A stretch of DNA of 64,000 nt from Octopus bimaculoides. Its lineage: Eukaryota. How positions within the stretch are numbered: the stretch's first letter is position 1; each line of letters starts with the position of its first letter. Shown here piece after piece: positions 38,028 through 52,180 of this stretch. Under the pieces are notes generated by a model. The model worked only from the letters and a program-made list of their open reading frames with translations, ran no database searches and was not told the origin of the DNA. A program made the position numbers and the translations under genes. The stretch spans positions 28,288,298 through 28,352,297 of the forward strand of contig NC_068983.1 of NCBI RefSeq assembly GCF_001194135.2, given 5' to 3'.

Positions 38028-39131
38028 CGTATTTGGCATACTCTATGTAGAAGAATGAAATATGGGAGATTGAGAAAGAAAATCATTAAAGGATTCCCTA
38101 TCGTACTTCTCTTGACATTTCAAAACAACTTCATAAGTCACATTCAAAGATTCACATATTAGATCTGCTGAGTTTTCATTTTGACAATTTGTTCTTTACT
38201 ATCTTCTTTAGTTGTCTCTCATTTCTTTTATATATATATATATTTTGTATTATATATATTTTATTTTATATTATTTATTATCTGTCAATACTATTTTCTC
38301 CTCTTTGTTACTGCTAGTTCTAACCACTCAATATAGTATCTTTATTGGTAATAGAAGGTGACAGAATATATGATAGATTATTCATAGCAAAGACAATAAT
38401 TTATTTTAACAACATCTCTTCCCACTCATGCAGGCACATACGTTGTAGACAATCTGGAGCCATGCTCAGATATTTAAGCTGCAATCCAAAAATATATACA
38501 GTTATTCAGCCTAAGACATTGTATGTCTATTAATAAAGTTATTTTAAGCAAATCAATTGATTTATCCTTCTCTACTGCTCACAACCAATTCAAAAAAAAA
38601 GCTCAAAAAACCATCATTAAAGATTTAGCTATTGATAAGAAATGAACAATGGCAAAACAGTAACTGTGCAAAATATTGGTAGCAAACAAACATAGATGAA
38701 CCACTTAAATTAATAAGCAATTTAGAAACGAGCAGTTTATTTAGTCAAATATGATTGTTCTCTTTTTTGAAACCATATTGATATATTCCTTTTAAATTAA
38801 TTAATTAATTGATTAATTGATTAATTGATACTACTTTTAGTAGTAAATATTTGTTTTTAACAAAAAAAAAAAAAAGAAATGCAAATCTTCTATTAGAAAT
38901 TTTTATACTTTACTACCTCTTTCCCAGTAACTCAGAAAGAGGAGCTGTTGAAAGATGTAGTTGTATTTCATTTGGATAAGGAGGGAATGATAGAATGGTT
39001 ACTTCTGCTGGTGGTGGTGGTACTGTTGCTAATCGATGGTACTATTTACAGAAAGAGACTATCATCATCACTGTCACTATCATCATCACCATCACTACCA
39101 CCATCATCATCGTCATCGTCATCTATGTTTA

Positions 39132-39549
39132 CTCTTTTACTTGTTTCAGTCATTTGACTGCAGCCATGCTGGAGCACCCCCTTTATAGTTGAGCAAATCG
39201 ACCCCAGTACTTATTCTTTGTAAGCCTAGTATTTATTGTATCGGTCTATTTTGCCGAACTGCTAAGTTACAGAGACATAAATATACCAGCATCAGTTGTC
39301 AAGCGATGCTGGGGGGACAATCACAGACACACAAACATATACACACACATACATATACATATACATATATATATACATATATACGACAGGCTTCTTTCAG
39401 TTTCCGTCTACCAAATCCACTCACAAGGCTTTGGTCGGCCTGAGGCTATAGTAGAAGACACTTGCCCAAGGTGCCATGCAGTGGGACTGAACCCAGAACC
39501 ATGTGGTTGGTAAGCAAGCTACTTACCACACAGCCACTCCTGCGCCTAT
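39132..39549 (-). mobile_element. SINE family A, full length
   Basis: Consensus match. Confidence 0.95.
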
Positions 39550-40283
39550 ATGCTGACAGCAGCATCAGCATTTTACATCTACTTTTCAATATTGGCATGA
39601 GTTGGATGTTTCTGTTTCTTTTTTCTGAGATAGTATTTTATGTCAGATTCTATTTTTTTTTTTTTCAGTTGTCATGCCTTTTAGTTACTTTTTCCAGCAT
39701 GCAGTGATATGATGTTCCTACTCCAAAATTAGGATACACACAGTAAAAATACTGCAGATGACTTCTATTTATAAAGCAAGCCTGATACACTTTTGACCAT
39801 AAGTCAATCAGAACTGACTTGGAGGTTAAACAACACCAGGAACAAGAAGAAAGCCTAATCGCAGCTTTTATGTCAAATGTAATTCATGAGGTCACAAATG
39901 TTTGAAAACTGGAACATAATGCAGTCCTTGGGCCTATCGGATCCTGTTAAATTGACAAACCCAGTCCAGCATAGAGCACAGGCATAAAATGGTGGTGGTG
40001 GTTGCAGTGGAGGTGGCGGCGACTTATATCATTCCTTTTCACATCAGTTTTTCCTTGGAAGTATGGGTTAGATGAATAGTCTATTGAAGTGTTGCTTTTT
40101 AGAGCTGCATATCCTTCCTGTTTTTGATGCTTACCTATTTTTCAAGTAGGAGCTCTCTTATTGCCAGCATCTTTGAAGGTACAGATCCAGCAGCTGATTT
40201 CTTGATAGGTGAAGATGGTGACAACATCACTGCTTTTAGCTTACGATTTTCAGAGAAGTAAAGATTTAATACATTTACACTCA

Positions 40284-40321
<38 letters not shown>

Positions 40322-40324
40322 ATT

Positions 40325-40724
40325 TTGGTGAAGGGGTAAGTCAATTACATCAACACCCAGTACTTGACTGGTGCTTATTTTATCAACCCTAACAGGATGA
40401 AAAGTAAAAGTCAACCTCAGTGGAATTTTGAACTCAGAGTGTACAGATGGAGTAAATGCTGTTAAGTATCTTGCCTGGCATGCTAACGATTCTTATTTCT
40501 TTATTGCCCACAAGGGGCTACACACAGAGGGGACAAACAAGGACAGACAGACGAATTAAGTCGATTACATCGAGCCCAGTGTGTAACTGGTACTTAATTT
40601 ATAGACCCCGAAAGGATGAAAGGCAAAGTCGACCTCTGCAGAATTTGAACTTAGAATGTAACGGCAGACGAAATACCGCTAAGCATTTCGTCCAGCATGC
40701 TAACAATTCTGCCAGCTCACCGCC
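40325..40724 (-). mobile_element. Tandem family B: young copy (40494-40724) joined to the head of an older variant
   Basis: GCATGCTAAC(G/A)ATTCT repeated at 40478-40493 and 40695-40710. Confidence 0.9.
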
Positions 40725-41026
40725 TTATTTTGGATTAATTTGGATAAGCTGTTATGGCAGGTAATCATAGTTCATTAGCCATCAATCATTAGTAACTCTA
40801 ACTTATTTCACCAAAACACTACAAAGTATTTTGAAACTAGAAAGTAAAAAAGAATCCACTAATTCTAATGTATAGAAATATGTATGTTGGAATAACAGTG
40901 CTAACAAGATTTTTCTTTCTAGTAATATAAGAATATTCAAACTTTACTAAATGTATCGTTCTTTTATTTTTTCATTTTTGTTTTATCTCGCTCATTTGAC
41001 AATTGAAGTCTTTCTCTCTATGTGTG

Positions 41027-41066
<40 letters not shown>

Positions 41067-41653
41067 AAAAGAGTGAGAGAGGGGGATAGGAGAGAGGGAT
41101 CTTTAATAAATATATCAAAGGAATGATATAACTAACTCTTGCTAACATAAATTTGTTATATTAGTTCAACTTTACAACTGTCACTCTTATTGTACATGAT
41201 TGGTTATCATAGAAACACAGATATAAGTAATTTGATTTGTTTGTTTGAGGATTTTTTTTTTAATGTTTTCATATTTCAACTTGTTCTTTTCATTTTTTAC
41301 TTATTTGGAGATTATATTCACAATATATACTGTAACAAACAGTATTTATTTTTTCAACACAAATTGCTAAAAGCTGAAACAATATATAAGATTTTGCTGT
41401 GTTGTTAATTTTCATCAGGTTTACTTTTAGCTGTCCACTTTTTGCAAAGTCACTCTACTTCAAAGGAAAGACAACATAGTATTTTCACTTGTGAAGTTTA
41501 TAGTTTCAATTTAACATTAGGCATAAAATTTAGTAACTAATCTCATAATGTAAACGTCACTTAAATCTGTACTTGTTATATGGTTGCATGGTTAAGAAGT
41601 TTGCTTTGTAGCTGTGTGGTTTCAGGTTCAATCCCACTCAAATGAATCTTGGA

Positions 41654-42271
41654 TTAACCCTCTAGCATTCAGATTTCTCTGTCGCATGTAGAACTCTTTT
41701 ACTCTTTTACTTGTTTCAGTCATTTGACTGTGGCCACGCTGGAGCACTGCCTTTATAGTCAAGAAAATCGACCCCAGGACTTATTCTTTGTAAGTCTAGT
41801 ACTTATTCTATTGGTCTCTTTTGCCAAACTGCTAAGTTACGAGGACCTAAACACACCAGCATCGGTTGTCAAGCGATGTTGGGGGGACAAACACAGACAC
41901 ACAAACATACACATGCATATACATATATATATATACATATATATACGACGGGCTTCTTACAGTTTCCGTCTACTAAATCCACTTGCAAAGCTTTGGTTGG
42001 CCCGAGGCTATAGTAGAAGACACTTGCCCAAGGTGCCACACAGTGGGACTGAACCCAGAACCATGTGGTTCATAAGCAAACTACTTACCACTATTCACAT
42101 TGTCTTCAATTAATCATGTAATCACATAACTTCAAGATTTTGATGATGTGAATGCTTATTTTTAAAATGACATCGCAGGGTTGGTATGAGAGACCAAACC
42201 TAGCCATTTTGAACACAAAACAGGTAGACTATTTGGGCCAGATATAGCTGGTTTAAGTGCTAAGGGGTTAA
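41654..42271. mobile_element. piggyBac-like MITE carrying SINE A (41694-42090, minus strand)
   Basis: TTAA-CCCTCT ... AGGGG-TTAA ends. Confidence 0.8.
41694..42090 (-). mobile_element. SINE family A
   Basis: Consensus match. Confidence 0.95.
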
Positions 42272-43690
42272 GTACCTTTTGCTACTAGAGTCCCATGTTG
42301 ACAAGTGCCTTATGAGTGAATGTGGTGGATGGAAAATGTATTCATTATACAAGGTGTCCCCCAAAATTTAACATCATTTCAGAGACTAATAACAGCCAAT
42401 TCTCGCTCAGATGCTCTCAATTTTTAACAAAATGGGTAAGAACTGTTCCCTCAGCACTACTCCATTCTAAACATCTCTCATATCTGCTATCATTCCCAAT
42501 GCCCTCTCATATCTATCATCATGCCCTGCTTACTAAATCCCCTTATGTATCTTAATATCTCCTCCTCCACTGCTCCTCCCCCTTGTATGTCATCCTACTA
42601 CTTTCTCTTCTGTTCTCATTCTTGAGCCACTCCTAAATTTCCCACTTTAGCCCACTACATTAACCTCTAACTTCACATGTACCCCCTCACACTTTTATGA
42701 CAGTATCCTCTCTCTTAGCACCTCCTATGACTCACTGTCCATATCCTCTCTTATGCTCGCCTTCTTGTACCATCAGAGTCTGCTCTATCACCCCATCTCT
42801 ACTTCCTTTTATCTCTTTCAGTCAAGTATACCCTCTATTGCAAGGTATCTGTGCTTGTCCTTCTATAGTACTTTAGCCTTTCAACATCAGGCATAAAGTG
42901 ACCCACCTCCACCTTCTCCTCCAAAATACTTTCTCTTAATATTGGGAGCTTTTTTCCTTTCCTACTTACCTGTGCTTCTTTAGTCTTGAAATAACAGCCT
43001 CATTAACGCAGGTGACAAAGAAAAGTATCTGATTCACTCTGTAAAGGGGTTAGCTCAAGGAAAGGCATCCGGCCATAGAAACCATGCCAAAGATGACATT
43101 GGAGCTCAACATGGCCTTGCAGCTCACTGATTCTTGTAAAATCATCCAACCCATGCCAGCATAGAAAGCAGGCTTTAAATAATGACAATGATTTGTATGT
43201 TTTTGTACATATATCTGTGTGAATGTGTATGCATTTGTATGTACCTGTATGTGTACTGTGAGAGATATTTCAGAGCCATTTGTAAAACTTGATTGGTCAG
43301 CTCAAAAGTTCGATTGAAAAAATTATATACATTGTTGAGACAAAGATTCATTTATAAGTTAAAATTTGTTTTAATACAACTCTGAAATATTTGCTAAACA
43401 TTTTGCATTGGTTTTGAAGCTATTTCTAATTTCTACAAAAATCAAAAAAAAAAAAAAAGAATTTGTTTATGTTCTACTTCCATATCCAGACTGTTCAGTA
43501 AATAACAATAAAGAAAAAAATTCTCTGCTACTACATCTGATCTGAAAGTTAAATTGAATCAATAGCTCTTATTCATGTCAGGTGTGCTAATATGTTTCCG
43601 ATAACATTCAGTTGGAAAAACTATTTCCATGAAATGTGAACAGTGATGTCTTCTTGTATGCAAATATATATATATATATATATATATATA

Positions 43691-43815
43691 NNNNNNNNNN
43701 NNNNNNNNNNNNNNNNNNNNNNNNNNNNNNNNNNNNNNNNNNNNNNNNNNNNNNNNNNNNNNNNNNNNNNNNNNNNNNNNNNNNNNNNNNNNNNNNNNNN
43801 NNNNNNNNNNNNNNN
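43691..43815. other. Assembly gap
   Basis: Run of N inside (TA)n. Confidence 1.
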
Positions 43816-44738
43816 ATATATGTGTATGTATGTATGTATATATGCAAAAAAAATGCAAGAAATTATATAAAACATTATTTTTAGATTTCTGCCGGAAACC
43901 TAACAGGAAAATAAATCTTGAAGATTAATGCACATAGCTTTGTTGGAAGACATCAACTTCACTTTGACCACAAACTATTCTCATTTCAGCTAAACAACAC
44001 AGATTTCAAAAAGCTTTTTAATAGTTTTTTCTAGACTGTTGTTTTAATTATTGAATCAACTAACTGATAGCAGAAAGAGATAACTATTCAAGTAAACAGC
44101 AAAGTGTCAGAAAATTTCTTAATCAACAGAAATGTCAGTTTATCATAAAAGTCATGGTAAAGTTAGCACTGACATACTAATTAGAATTACACCCACAGTA
44201 AGTGCAAGGTTGGCAGTTTGGTTAAGAAGTTTGCTTCACAACCATTTGGTTCAGTCTTGTCAGTGAATTTCATAGACAAAAACTGCACATATTACTACCA
44301 TAAGGATTTCTAACAAATCAACCTATTATCTAACTACTACTAATTGTTTCAACAAAATGAGAATGAAAGATAAAGTTATGTTATAGTTTATTTAAAACAT
44401 GTCTCTTAAGCCTTAATGTTACCAGTGATGTGTTATCAAATACTAAACAAGTTTTATACACTAATAATTCATTTCTGAATATTTGATTAGCTTTCCATTG
44501 GCTAATAAGAACATAAGAGTTATATTTTCTTTATAAAAAAAAAAACAGAAAAAAATACATTTTGCCTCTATTCTTTCATACTAGCATAGGTTGAATGCTT
44601 ATGCTAAATCCTTTATGAACATAAAATTTTTAATTTACATATTCTGTTTAAATTCATATTTCTTATACTGAATATTCAACAAAATGTAAAGGATTAATGT
44701 TTAGTTTTTAAGAGAGATAGAAGAATCATTAACCTTTT

Positions 44739-45273
44739 AGGTGCAGGAGTGGCTGTGAGGTAAGTAGCTTGCTTATGAACCGCATGGTTCCGGGTTCAGT
44801 CCCACTGTGTGACACCTTGGGCAAGTGTTTTCTACTATAGCCTCGGGCCGACCAAAGCCTTGTGAGTGGATTTGGTAGACGGAAACTGAAAGAAGCCTGT
44901 CGTATATATGTATATATATATATATATATGTGTGTATATGTTTGTGTGTCTGTTTGTACCCCCCCCCCCCNNNNNNNNNNNNNNNNNNNNNNNNNNNNNN
45001 NNNNNNNNNNNNNNNNNNNNNNNNNNNNNNNNNNNNNNNNNNNNNNNNNNNNNNNNNNNNNNNNNNNNNNNNNNNNNNNNNNNNNNNNNNNNNNNTGGCA
45101 ACCGATGCTGGTGTGTTTACATCTCTATAACTTAGCGGTTCGGCAAAAGAGACCGATAGAATAAGTACTAGGCTTACAAAGAATAAGTCTTGGGGTCGAT
45201 TTGCTCAACTAAAGGCGGTGCTCCAGCATGGCCGCAGTCAAATGACTGAAACAAATAAAAGAGTGTAAAAGAG
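44739..45273 (+). mobile_element. SINE family A containing an assembly gap (44971-45095)
   Basis: Head and tail consensus on either side of the N run. Confidence 0.9.
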
Positions 45274-45324
45274 AATCTGACACAAGATCACCTCCTCCAA
45301 TTCCCCCTCCCCTCTCAAAGGATC

Positions 45325-45843
45325 TAACCCTGCCAGTGCTGGTGCCGTGTAAAAAGCATCCAGTCCACACTGTAAAGTGATTGGTGTTTTGAATGGCATC
45401 CAGCTGTAAAAACCATACCAGAACTGATCTCACCTTTGCTTGTGCCACATAAAATGCACTCAGTCCATTCTGATGGGCGGTCGATGTTAGGAAGAGCGCC
45501 TAGCCATAAAGAATCATGCCAAAACAGACATAGATGTCTCACACAGTCTTCTGCCTGGCCAGCTCCTGTCAAACCATCTGATCCATGTCAGCATGGAGGG
45601 CGGAAGTTAAATGATGATGATGATCTTTTACTCAGGAGGGACAGCAGTGCCTATTACCCTTTACAGTTAAATAGGAATCCAGTACACTCTGTAAAGTGGT
45701 TGGTTTTAAGAAGGGCATCCAGCCAAACAAACTATGATAAGGATTACATTAGAGCTCAACATGTCCTTGCAGCATACTGATTTCTGTAAAGCCATCCAAC
45801 CCATGCCAGCATGGAAAGAAGGCATAAAATGATGATGATGATT
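45325..45843 (+). mobile_element. Two old RTE-tailed repeats (family C relatives) in tandem
   Basis: Two GGCATCCAG...CATG(T/C)CAGCATGGA...(GAT)n units. Confidence 0.7.
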
Positions 45844-46558
45844 GAGTGTGTGTATACATATATTTGTGTGAGTGTAGTGGAAGAGAAGAGTGAGGATGAT
45901 ATTCTCAAACAAGAAACCAGCCTTAGATGCTTACAACAGACTGGAATCTGCTAAAGGCACTCTAGGAGCCAGGAGGTGATAAACTAAGTCTTCCACTTAA
46001 GTTGGCTACATCTGAATTTGAACTCAGAACATGAAACACCAGAATGACTGCCACAAGGCATGTGGTATTCTAATGTTTTTACTGTTCTATCAATCTACTC
46101 TTCTGGATTTGTACATTTTTTATTGATCACAAAAGGATGATGGCAAAGTTGACCTCGGTGAGATTTGAACATAGACTATCATACATTAAAACAAATACAA
46201 CATGGCTTTCTATCTGACACTAATGGTTGTGCCAATGAAGCTATGAATAAAAACGTGAGCCTCATGACACTCCAGGAAGTGCAGCTTTTGCTTTCCATTT
46301 CATATGCTATAAATCTGGAACAATATTACTCCATACATCATATGACTGGATATCAACTATGTTTCAGAATTTTTCCAAATTAATCAGCCTGCTAACATTG
46401 TCCCAATGATTAAAAATTGAAAATGATGGATCAATGATCAAATTTTGCTTCTATAATTATCTGAGAAATACTTAATCTTAATTGCTGTTTCATAATGTTT
46501 TATATCAATATTCCTAGTTACCAATGGCCAGAAGTGAAGAAAGCTAATTTTGATATAT

Positions 46559-46985
46559 GGTGCAGGTATGGTCGTGTGGTAAGAAGCTTGTTTCCCAACC
46601 ACATAATTCCAATATCAGTCCTGCTGCATAGCACCTTATGCAAGTGTCTTCTACTGTTGCCTCAGGCCAACTAAAGCCTTATAAATAGATTTGGTAGATA
46701 GATGGAAACTGAAAGTTGGCAGCGAGCTGGCAGAAACGTTAGCACACTGGGCGAAATGCTTAGCGGTATTTCGTCTGCCGCTACATTCTGAGTTCAAATT
46801 CTGCCGAGGTTGACTTTGCCTTTCATCCTTTCGGGGTCGATAAATTAAGTACCAGTTATGCACTGGGGTCGATGTAATCGACTTAATCCCTTGTTTGTCC
46901 CCTCTATGTTTAGCCCCTTGTGGGCAGTAAAGAAATAGGAGAACTGAAAGAAGCTTGTTGTATGTATACACACACATACACACAC
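46559..46985 (+). mobile_element. Old SINE family A 5' part interrupted by young family B (46718-46940)
   Basis: AACTGAAAG duplicated at 46707-46715 and 46942-46950. Confidence 0.9.
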
Positions 46986-47821
46986 ACATATATACACACA
47001 TATACACATTTATGTATGTTTGTGTGTGTGTGTGTACTGAGACTGAGAGAGAGGGAGAATTTAGACATGTTAAATAGGTTAAATCTTAAAATGTCAGGTC
47101 TTAGCAAGAAGCTGGTATGTAAAGGAAGTGACTTCTCTTAAGTCTATACTAGTAACAGAAAACTATAAAAATGATAATGATAAATAATAGGATGAGATAA
47201 GATTTAGCAAAGAGAAGGAAGGCCTTAAATTTAAAATCTTATGCATGGATGATATAATACAGTTGTATATAAAAGGTTTAATACAGAATGTATTTAAGGT
47301 ATTTTACTATAATATCCTTGATAAAACCAATGATATTCTAGAACTCACATGGTTCCATGGAAATGTTCAGTGATGTGTGCACTAAACCAAAAACAGAAAT
47401 CTCTAAAGAAATGGCATCAGGAATGAGAAATGAAATGATCGCTGAAACAACTGCAGATGCAATAGCAGAAATAACCATGGTAACAGCCACAAAATTAACA
47501 ACAGAAATATCAAAACAAATGTTTACAGAAGATTAACTGAATTGGATTTGATAGAGAAAACCATTATGGGTTAGATACATCTAACCCTGTTTTTATACGG
47601 AATTGTCTATAAACAAATTCATTCTCCATTTCCCATGCTTCACTACTGGCTACAGGATTGTCAGTTCTTTGCAATGCAACAGTAATCTTTTTTTAACTAG
47701 TTCTTCAAACTGGTTTACAGTGTGTTTTATATACAACTGGATTTAGTTTTAAAGTTAGATTACAGTGCTGCAGGATTTTACAGTTTTGGATCAAATGCAA
47801 GAAAAAATAGAATTTTTAATA

Positions 47822-48095
47822 TAGGTGCAGGAGTGGCTGTGTGATAAGTAGCTTGCTTACCAACCACATGGTCCCAGGTTCAGTCCCACTGCATGGCACC
47901 TTGGGCAAGTGTCTTCTACTATAGCCTCAGGCTGATCAAAGCCTTGTGAGTGGATTTGGTAGATGGAAACAGGAAGAAGCCCGTCGTATATATGTATATA
48001 TATATGTTTTTGTGTGTCTGTTTGTCCCCCCACCATTGCTTGACAATCAATGCTGGTGTGTTTACATCCCCGTAACTTAGCGGTTCAGCAAAAGA
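47822..48095 (+). mobile_element. SINE family A, 3'-truncated
   Basis: Head through CAAAAGAC. Confidence 0.9.
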
Positions 48096-48774
48096 CATCT
48101 ATCTGTCTGAGTCTTTATGAATGTGTGTGTATATGTATTTATATATTTGTCTGCCTTTTGGTTGTAAATTGCAAATAAGCCACTTTAATAATTGTGTGTG
48201 TGTGTATGTGTGTGTGTGTGTGTATGTATATGTATGTACTTAAAAGTGGAGGCACATACATATCTTTTGTTCATTTTAATGTCCATTTTTCCATGCAAGT
48301 ATGGGTTAGACAAATATGTTATTGAGGTATTATTTGACAGAAGGATGCCCTTCCAGTCACTAAACCATACATGTTTTTCCGGTAAAGGGTTTCTTATTCT
48401 GCATGTCTTTGAAGGCACCAAGCCAGCAAACAATTTCTTGACAGAAGTAAAGATAAACACATTATTGTTTGCAATGAGCAATTTTCAAAGAATCCCAATA
48501 AACAAACACAGGGCCACACATGTATATATCGTCCAACTGAAATAAGCTGGTCATATAGATATATTCCATACATATGCCAGTTTCTGTGTACCATAGATTC
48601 ACAAGGCTCTGGTTATCTCAAAGCTCCAAGGTTATAGTAGAAGATATTTGTGCAAGATACCACACAGTGGATCTGAACCTGAAAGCTAGTAGTTGGGAAA
48701 TGAAACTTAACCACACAACCTGTATATGTGTCTGTCTGTCTCTATGTATGTATGTATGTATGTTTGTATGTATA

Positions 48775-49188
48775 CTCTTTTACTCTTTTACTTGTTTCAG
48801 TCATTTGACTGCGGCCATGCTGGAGCACCACCTTAAGTCGAGAAAATCGACTCCAGGACTTATTCTTAGTAAGCCTAGTACTTATTTTATCGGTCTCTTT
48901 TTGCCGAACCGCTAAGTTACGGCGACGTAAACACACCAGCATCGGTTGTCAAACGATGGGGGGGGGGACAAACACAGACGCACAAACACACATACATATA
49001 CACATATATATACATATATATACGACGGGCTTCTTTCAGTTTCCGTCTACCAAATCCACTCACAAGGCTTTGGTCGGCCCGAGGCTATAGTAGAAGACAC
49101 TTGCCCAAGGTGCCACGCAGTGGGACTGAACCCGGAACCATGTGGTTGGTAAGCAAGCTACTTACCACACAGCCACTCCTGTGCCTAT
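48775..49188 (-). mobile_element. SINE family A, young, full length
   Basis: Consensus match. Confidence 0.95.
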
Positions 49189-52144
49189 ATGTATGTATAT
49201 GAAACTGAGAAAAGTTTATGAATACTGTGGCAATGTTTGCAGTAAAGTTATGTAAAGAGCCAATTTTTTTTTCTTAATAACTGACCAGTTGTCATAACAA
49301 TTTTATATCCAGGAAGGAAACATTCTTTTGGATGCAATCTGACTATATCTCAGATATTACAAAACCACAAGAACGGTCAATGTTTCTCTTTGGAAAAGAC
49401 GAGAAAATGGATACCGCCATAATGTCTATGAAACATCAATTTTTTCAATGGTCTGAAATGAATAATGGAATTTTTGATGAATGCGTGTTTCCACTGATTA
49501 TTAATATATGAATGGATTTAGAATACAACTGAGACAAAATAAGAATATATCTCTGTATTGATTATATTTTTTTTCAACTATTTACTTTCATTAATTCTGT
49601 TCTAATTGCTAGCTAAACAACAAATGTCTACTTCTTTTTCAGCTCGATGTAGTCAATTAAGCAGTAGAACATATTTGTGTTTTTGTTTCCTTTTATTTAT
49701 CTATTTATTTTATATATTTATTATTTATTATTTTCTGTTTAAAAAAATGACAGCTTTCTCACTCTCTCTTTCTCTCTCTTTCTTCTTCTTTTTTTTTCCC
49801 TACTCTTTTGTCTGTGTCTTGTTGTGAGAGCTCTGTGTAAACCAGTGAAGTGTGTTGGGCAATGAAGAAGGTTATATGATTGAACAGTTGATGAGAATGT
49901 TTTGCTAATGAGCTTGTCAAGAAGCTGAAGATTGACAACATACATTTTAATTGAAGTGCCCTTCTCTTTTTATTTACCTACTCTGTCTTGTGGGGCTGCC
50001 ATCAGCTAGAGCTGGCATGTTTATGCAAAGGTTTGGACAATGTTTGTCATTGTAGAAGGCTTACATGAATGCAATTCCCTCTCCTTCGCACCACTATTCC
50101 AAGTGAAAGGCTGCTACCTTAGGGTTTATACAACTTGGTGCTAGTATCATTACAAATGTTGCTGCAAGAATGTAAGGAACTGGTACAGAACCCACAACAC
50201 ATCCTCTCCAAGGGTCTAACAGTCCTACCAAGCTATTGCTCTGGAATGGCATTTTTCATTAATCCCAAAAGGATGAAAGGCAAAGTTTACCACAACAGGA
50301 TTTGGAGATGGAGTGCAGAGGTATACAAGAAACACCATAATTCATTTAATCCAATGGTCAAACAAAGCTGCCAGTCTGTCTCCAAGTCTTTGTCTTAGTA
50401 TTAGAATATTTAATACCAAAATTTAGGACAAAATTTACTGAAGATCAGTGGTGGTGGTGGTGGGTGTGGTGGCGGCAGCGGCAGTGGTGGTTTTGGTAGT
50501 GGTAGTGGGTGGTGGTAATGATGATGATGATGACGATGATGTCTATATATAGTATATACGCCTGTATATGCATCACTGATGATGTTATACATCAGTGAAA
50601 AAATAAAACAAACAAAACTGATGCTTACAAAATCTTTTGTGTTTTTTCTTCTGCACTAAGTGACACACAGACAATGCTCAATTCTAACTCAAACCAGAAG
50701 AAATGAGACGAAAACTTGATTGGTCCTACAATACTATTGTTTACCAATCATGATATATATCTAAAAAAAAAAAAATAGTAATAATAATTTTAATGGAATA
50801 AAATGTAATTTTACAATTTCTGCCTCTTGGTTTGTCTTTCTCAATTTCTCTCCACCACAACATATCTCTTCCTTCCATACTTATATTTACATTGTCTACT
50901 GTCTCCTATTGTTTCTTATTGTTTACAATTGTTTCTTTATTGTTTGTTTTTGGTTTTGCTTTTCCTTTTCTTCCTTCTCATATTACATGTTTCACTTTGT
51001 TCCTCTCTTTCTCTTTTTCTTCTCTCCTCTTTTCTCTCATCTCCATGTCTACTTAAAGTTCTCACCACACACACTCAATGCCTAATATCTACTGTTTAAT
51101 TTTTCTCATGCATTATTTTAGTGTTATTTACAGTAAACAATGATGGTGATGATGATGATGATATTAATAATAATAATAATGATAATAATAATAAATCCAA
51201 ATTTTATGAGTTTCAAGTTTTAAAATGCAGTACTGGTTTATATATTTGACATCAATATTCTCAGAATACAATGGAATTTATATTTTCTCTTTAAAGTATT
51301 GTTACCATTTGTTTGTTTGTTTCTTTCTTTCTTTCTTTTTTTTTCTGTTACTGATTTCTGTAACAAATGACTTTTATATGTTTCATTTCAATTTATATAG
51401 AGAGATTGTAATAAGTAGCACACAGGAAAATGAATATTTTTAACAAAACAAAGATGTAACTAACTAAAGCTTGAAAAATTACTCCAATTAAAACAGATAT
51501 ATGAGTTGAGTATATCCACTAAAGCTTAAATTGCATGCATTTTTTTTTTTTTTTGCTCCTCTATTTTGCTATAGGTGGAGATGCATGGCTGAGTGGTGAG
51601 GGCATTGAGCTCATGATTGTTAGGACATGAATCTGATTCTCAAACCAGGCAGTATGTTGTGTCCTTAAACAAAGCAATTCACTCAGCTAAAATTGGATAC
51701 CAATAACACCTAGATCCTTTGTGAGTCATATAGACTTGTAGGGCCAGTTTCCCAGTTTCTGTGGCATATATACTCCCCATCTCCCAAGACAGGATGCTAA
51801 TTTGTTGCAGGGTTACACATTTTTTTTTTTTGCCAAGTGAATGGACTGGAGCAATGTGAAAATAAGTGTTCAGTCCTACTGCATAGCACTTTGGACAAAT
51901 GTCTTCTCTTATAGCCTCAGACCGACCCAAGTCTTATGATTGGAATATATACTAGGCTTTAAAAATAAGTCCTAGGGTTGACTTGTTCACCTAAAACCCT
52001 TCAAGGTGGTGCTCCAGCATGGCCATAGTCGAACGACTGGANNNNNNNNNNATATATATTATTTTGTTTAAAAGAGTTCCAACACTGTCTGTTTTTTATG
52101 TTTTATTTATATTCCTGCAAAACCAATGTGGGATATAGAATATG

Positions 52145-52180
<36 letters not shown>

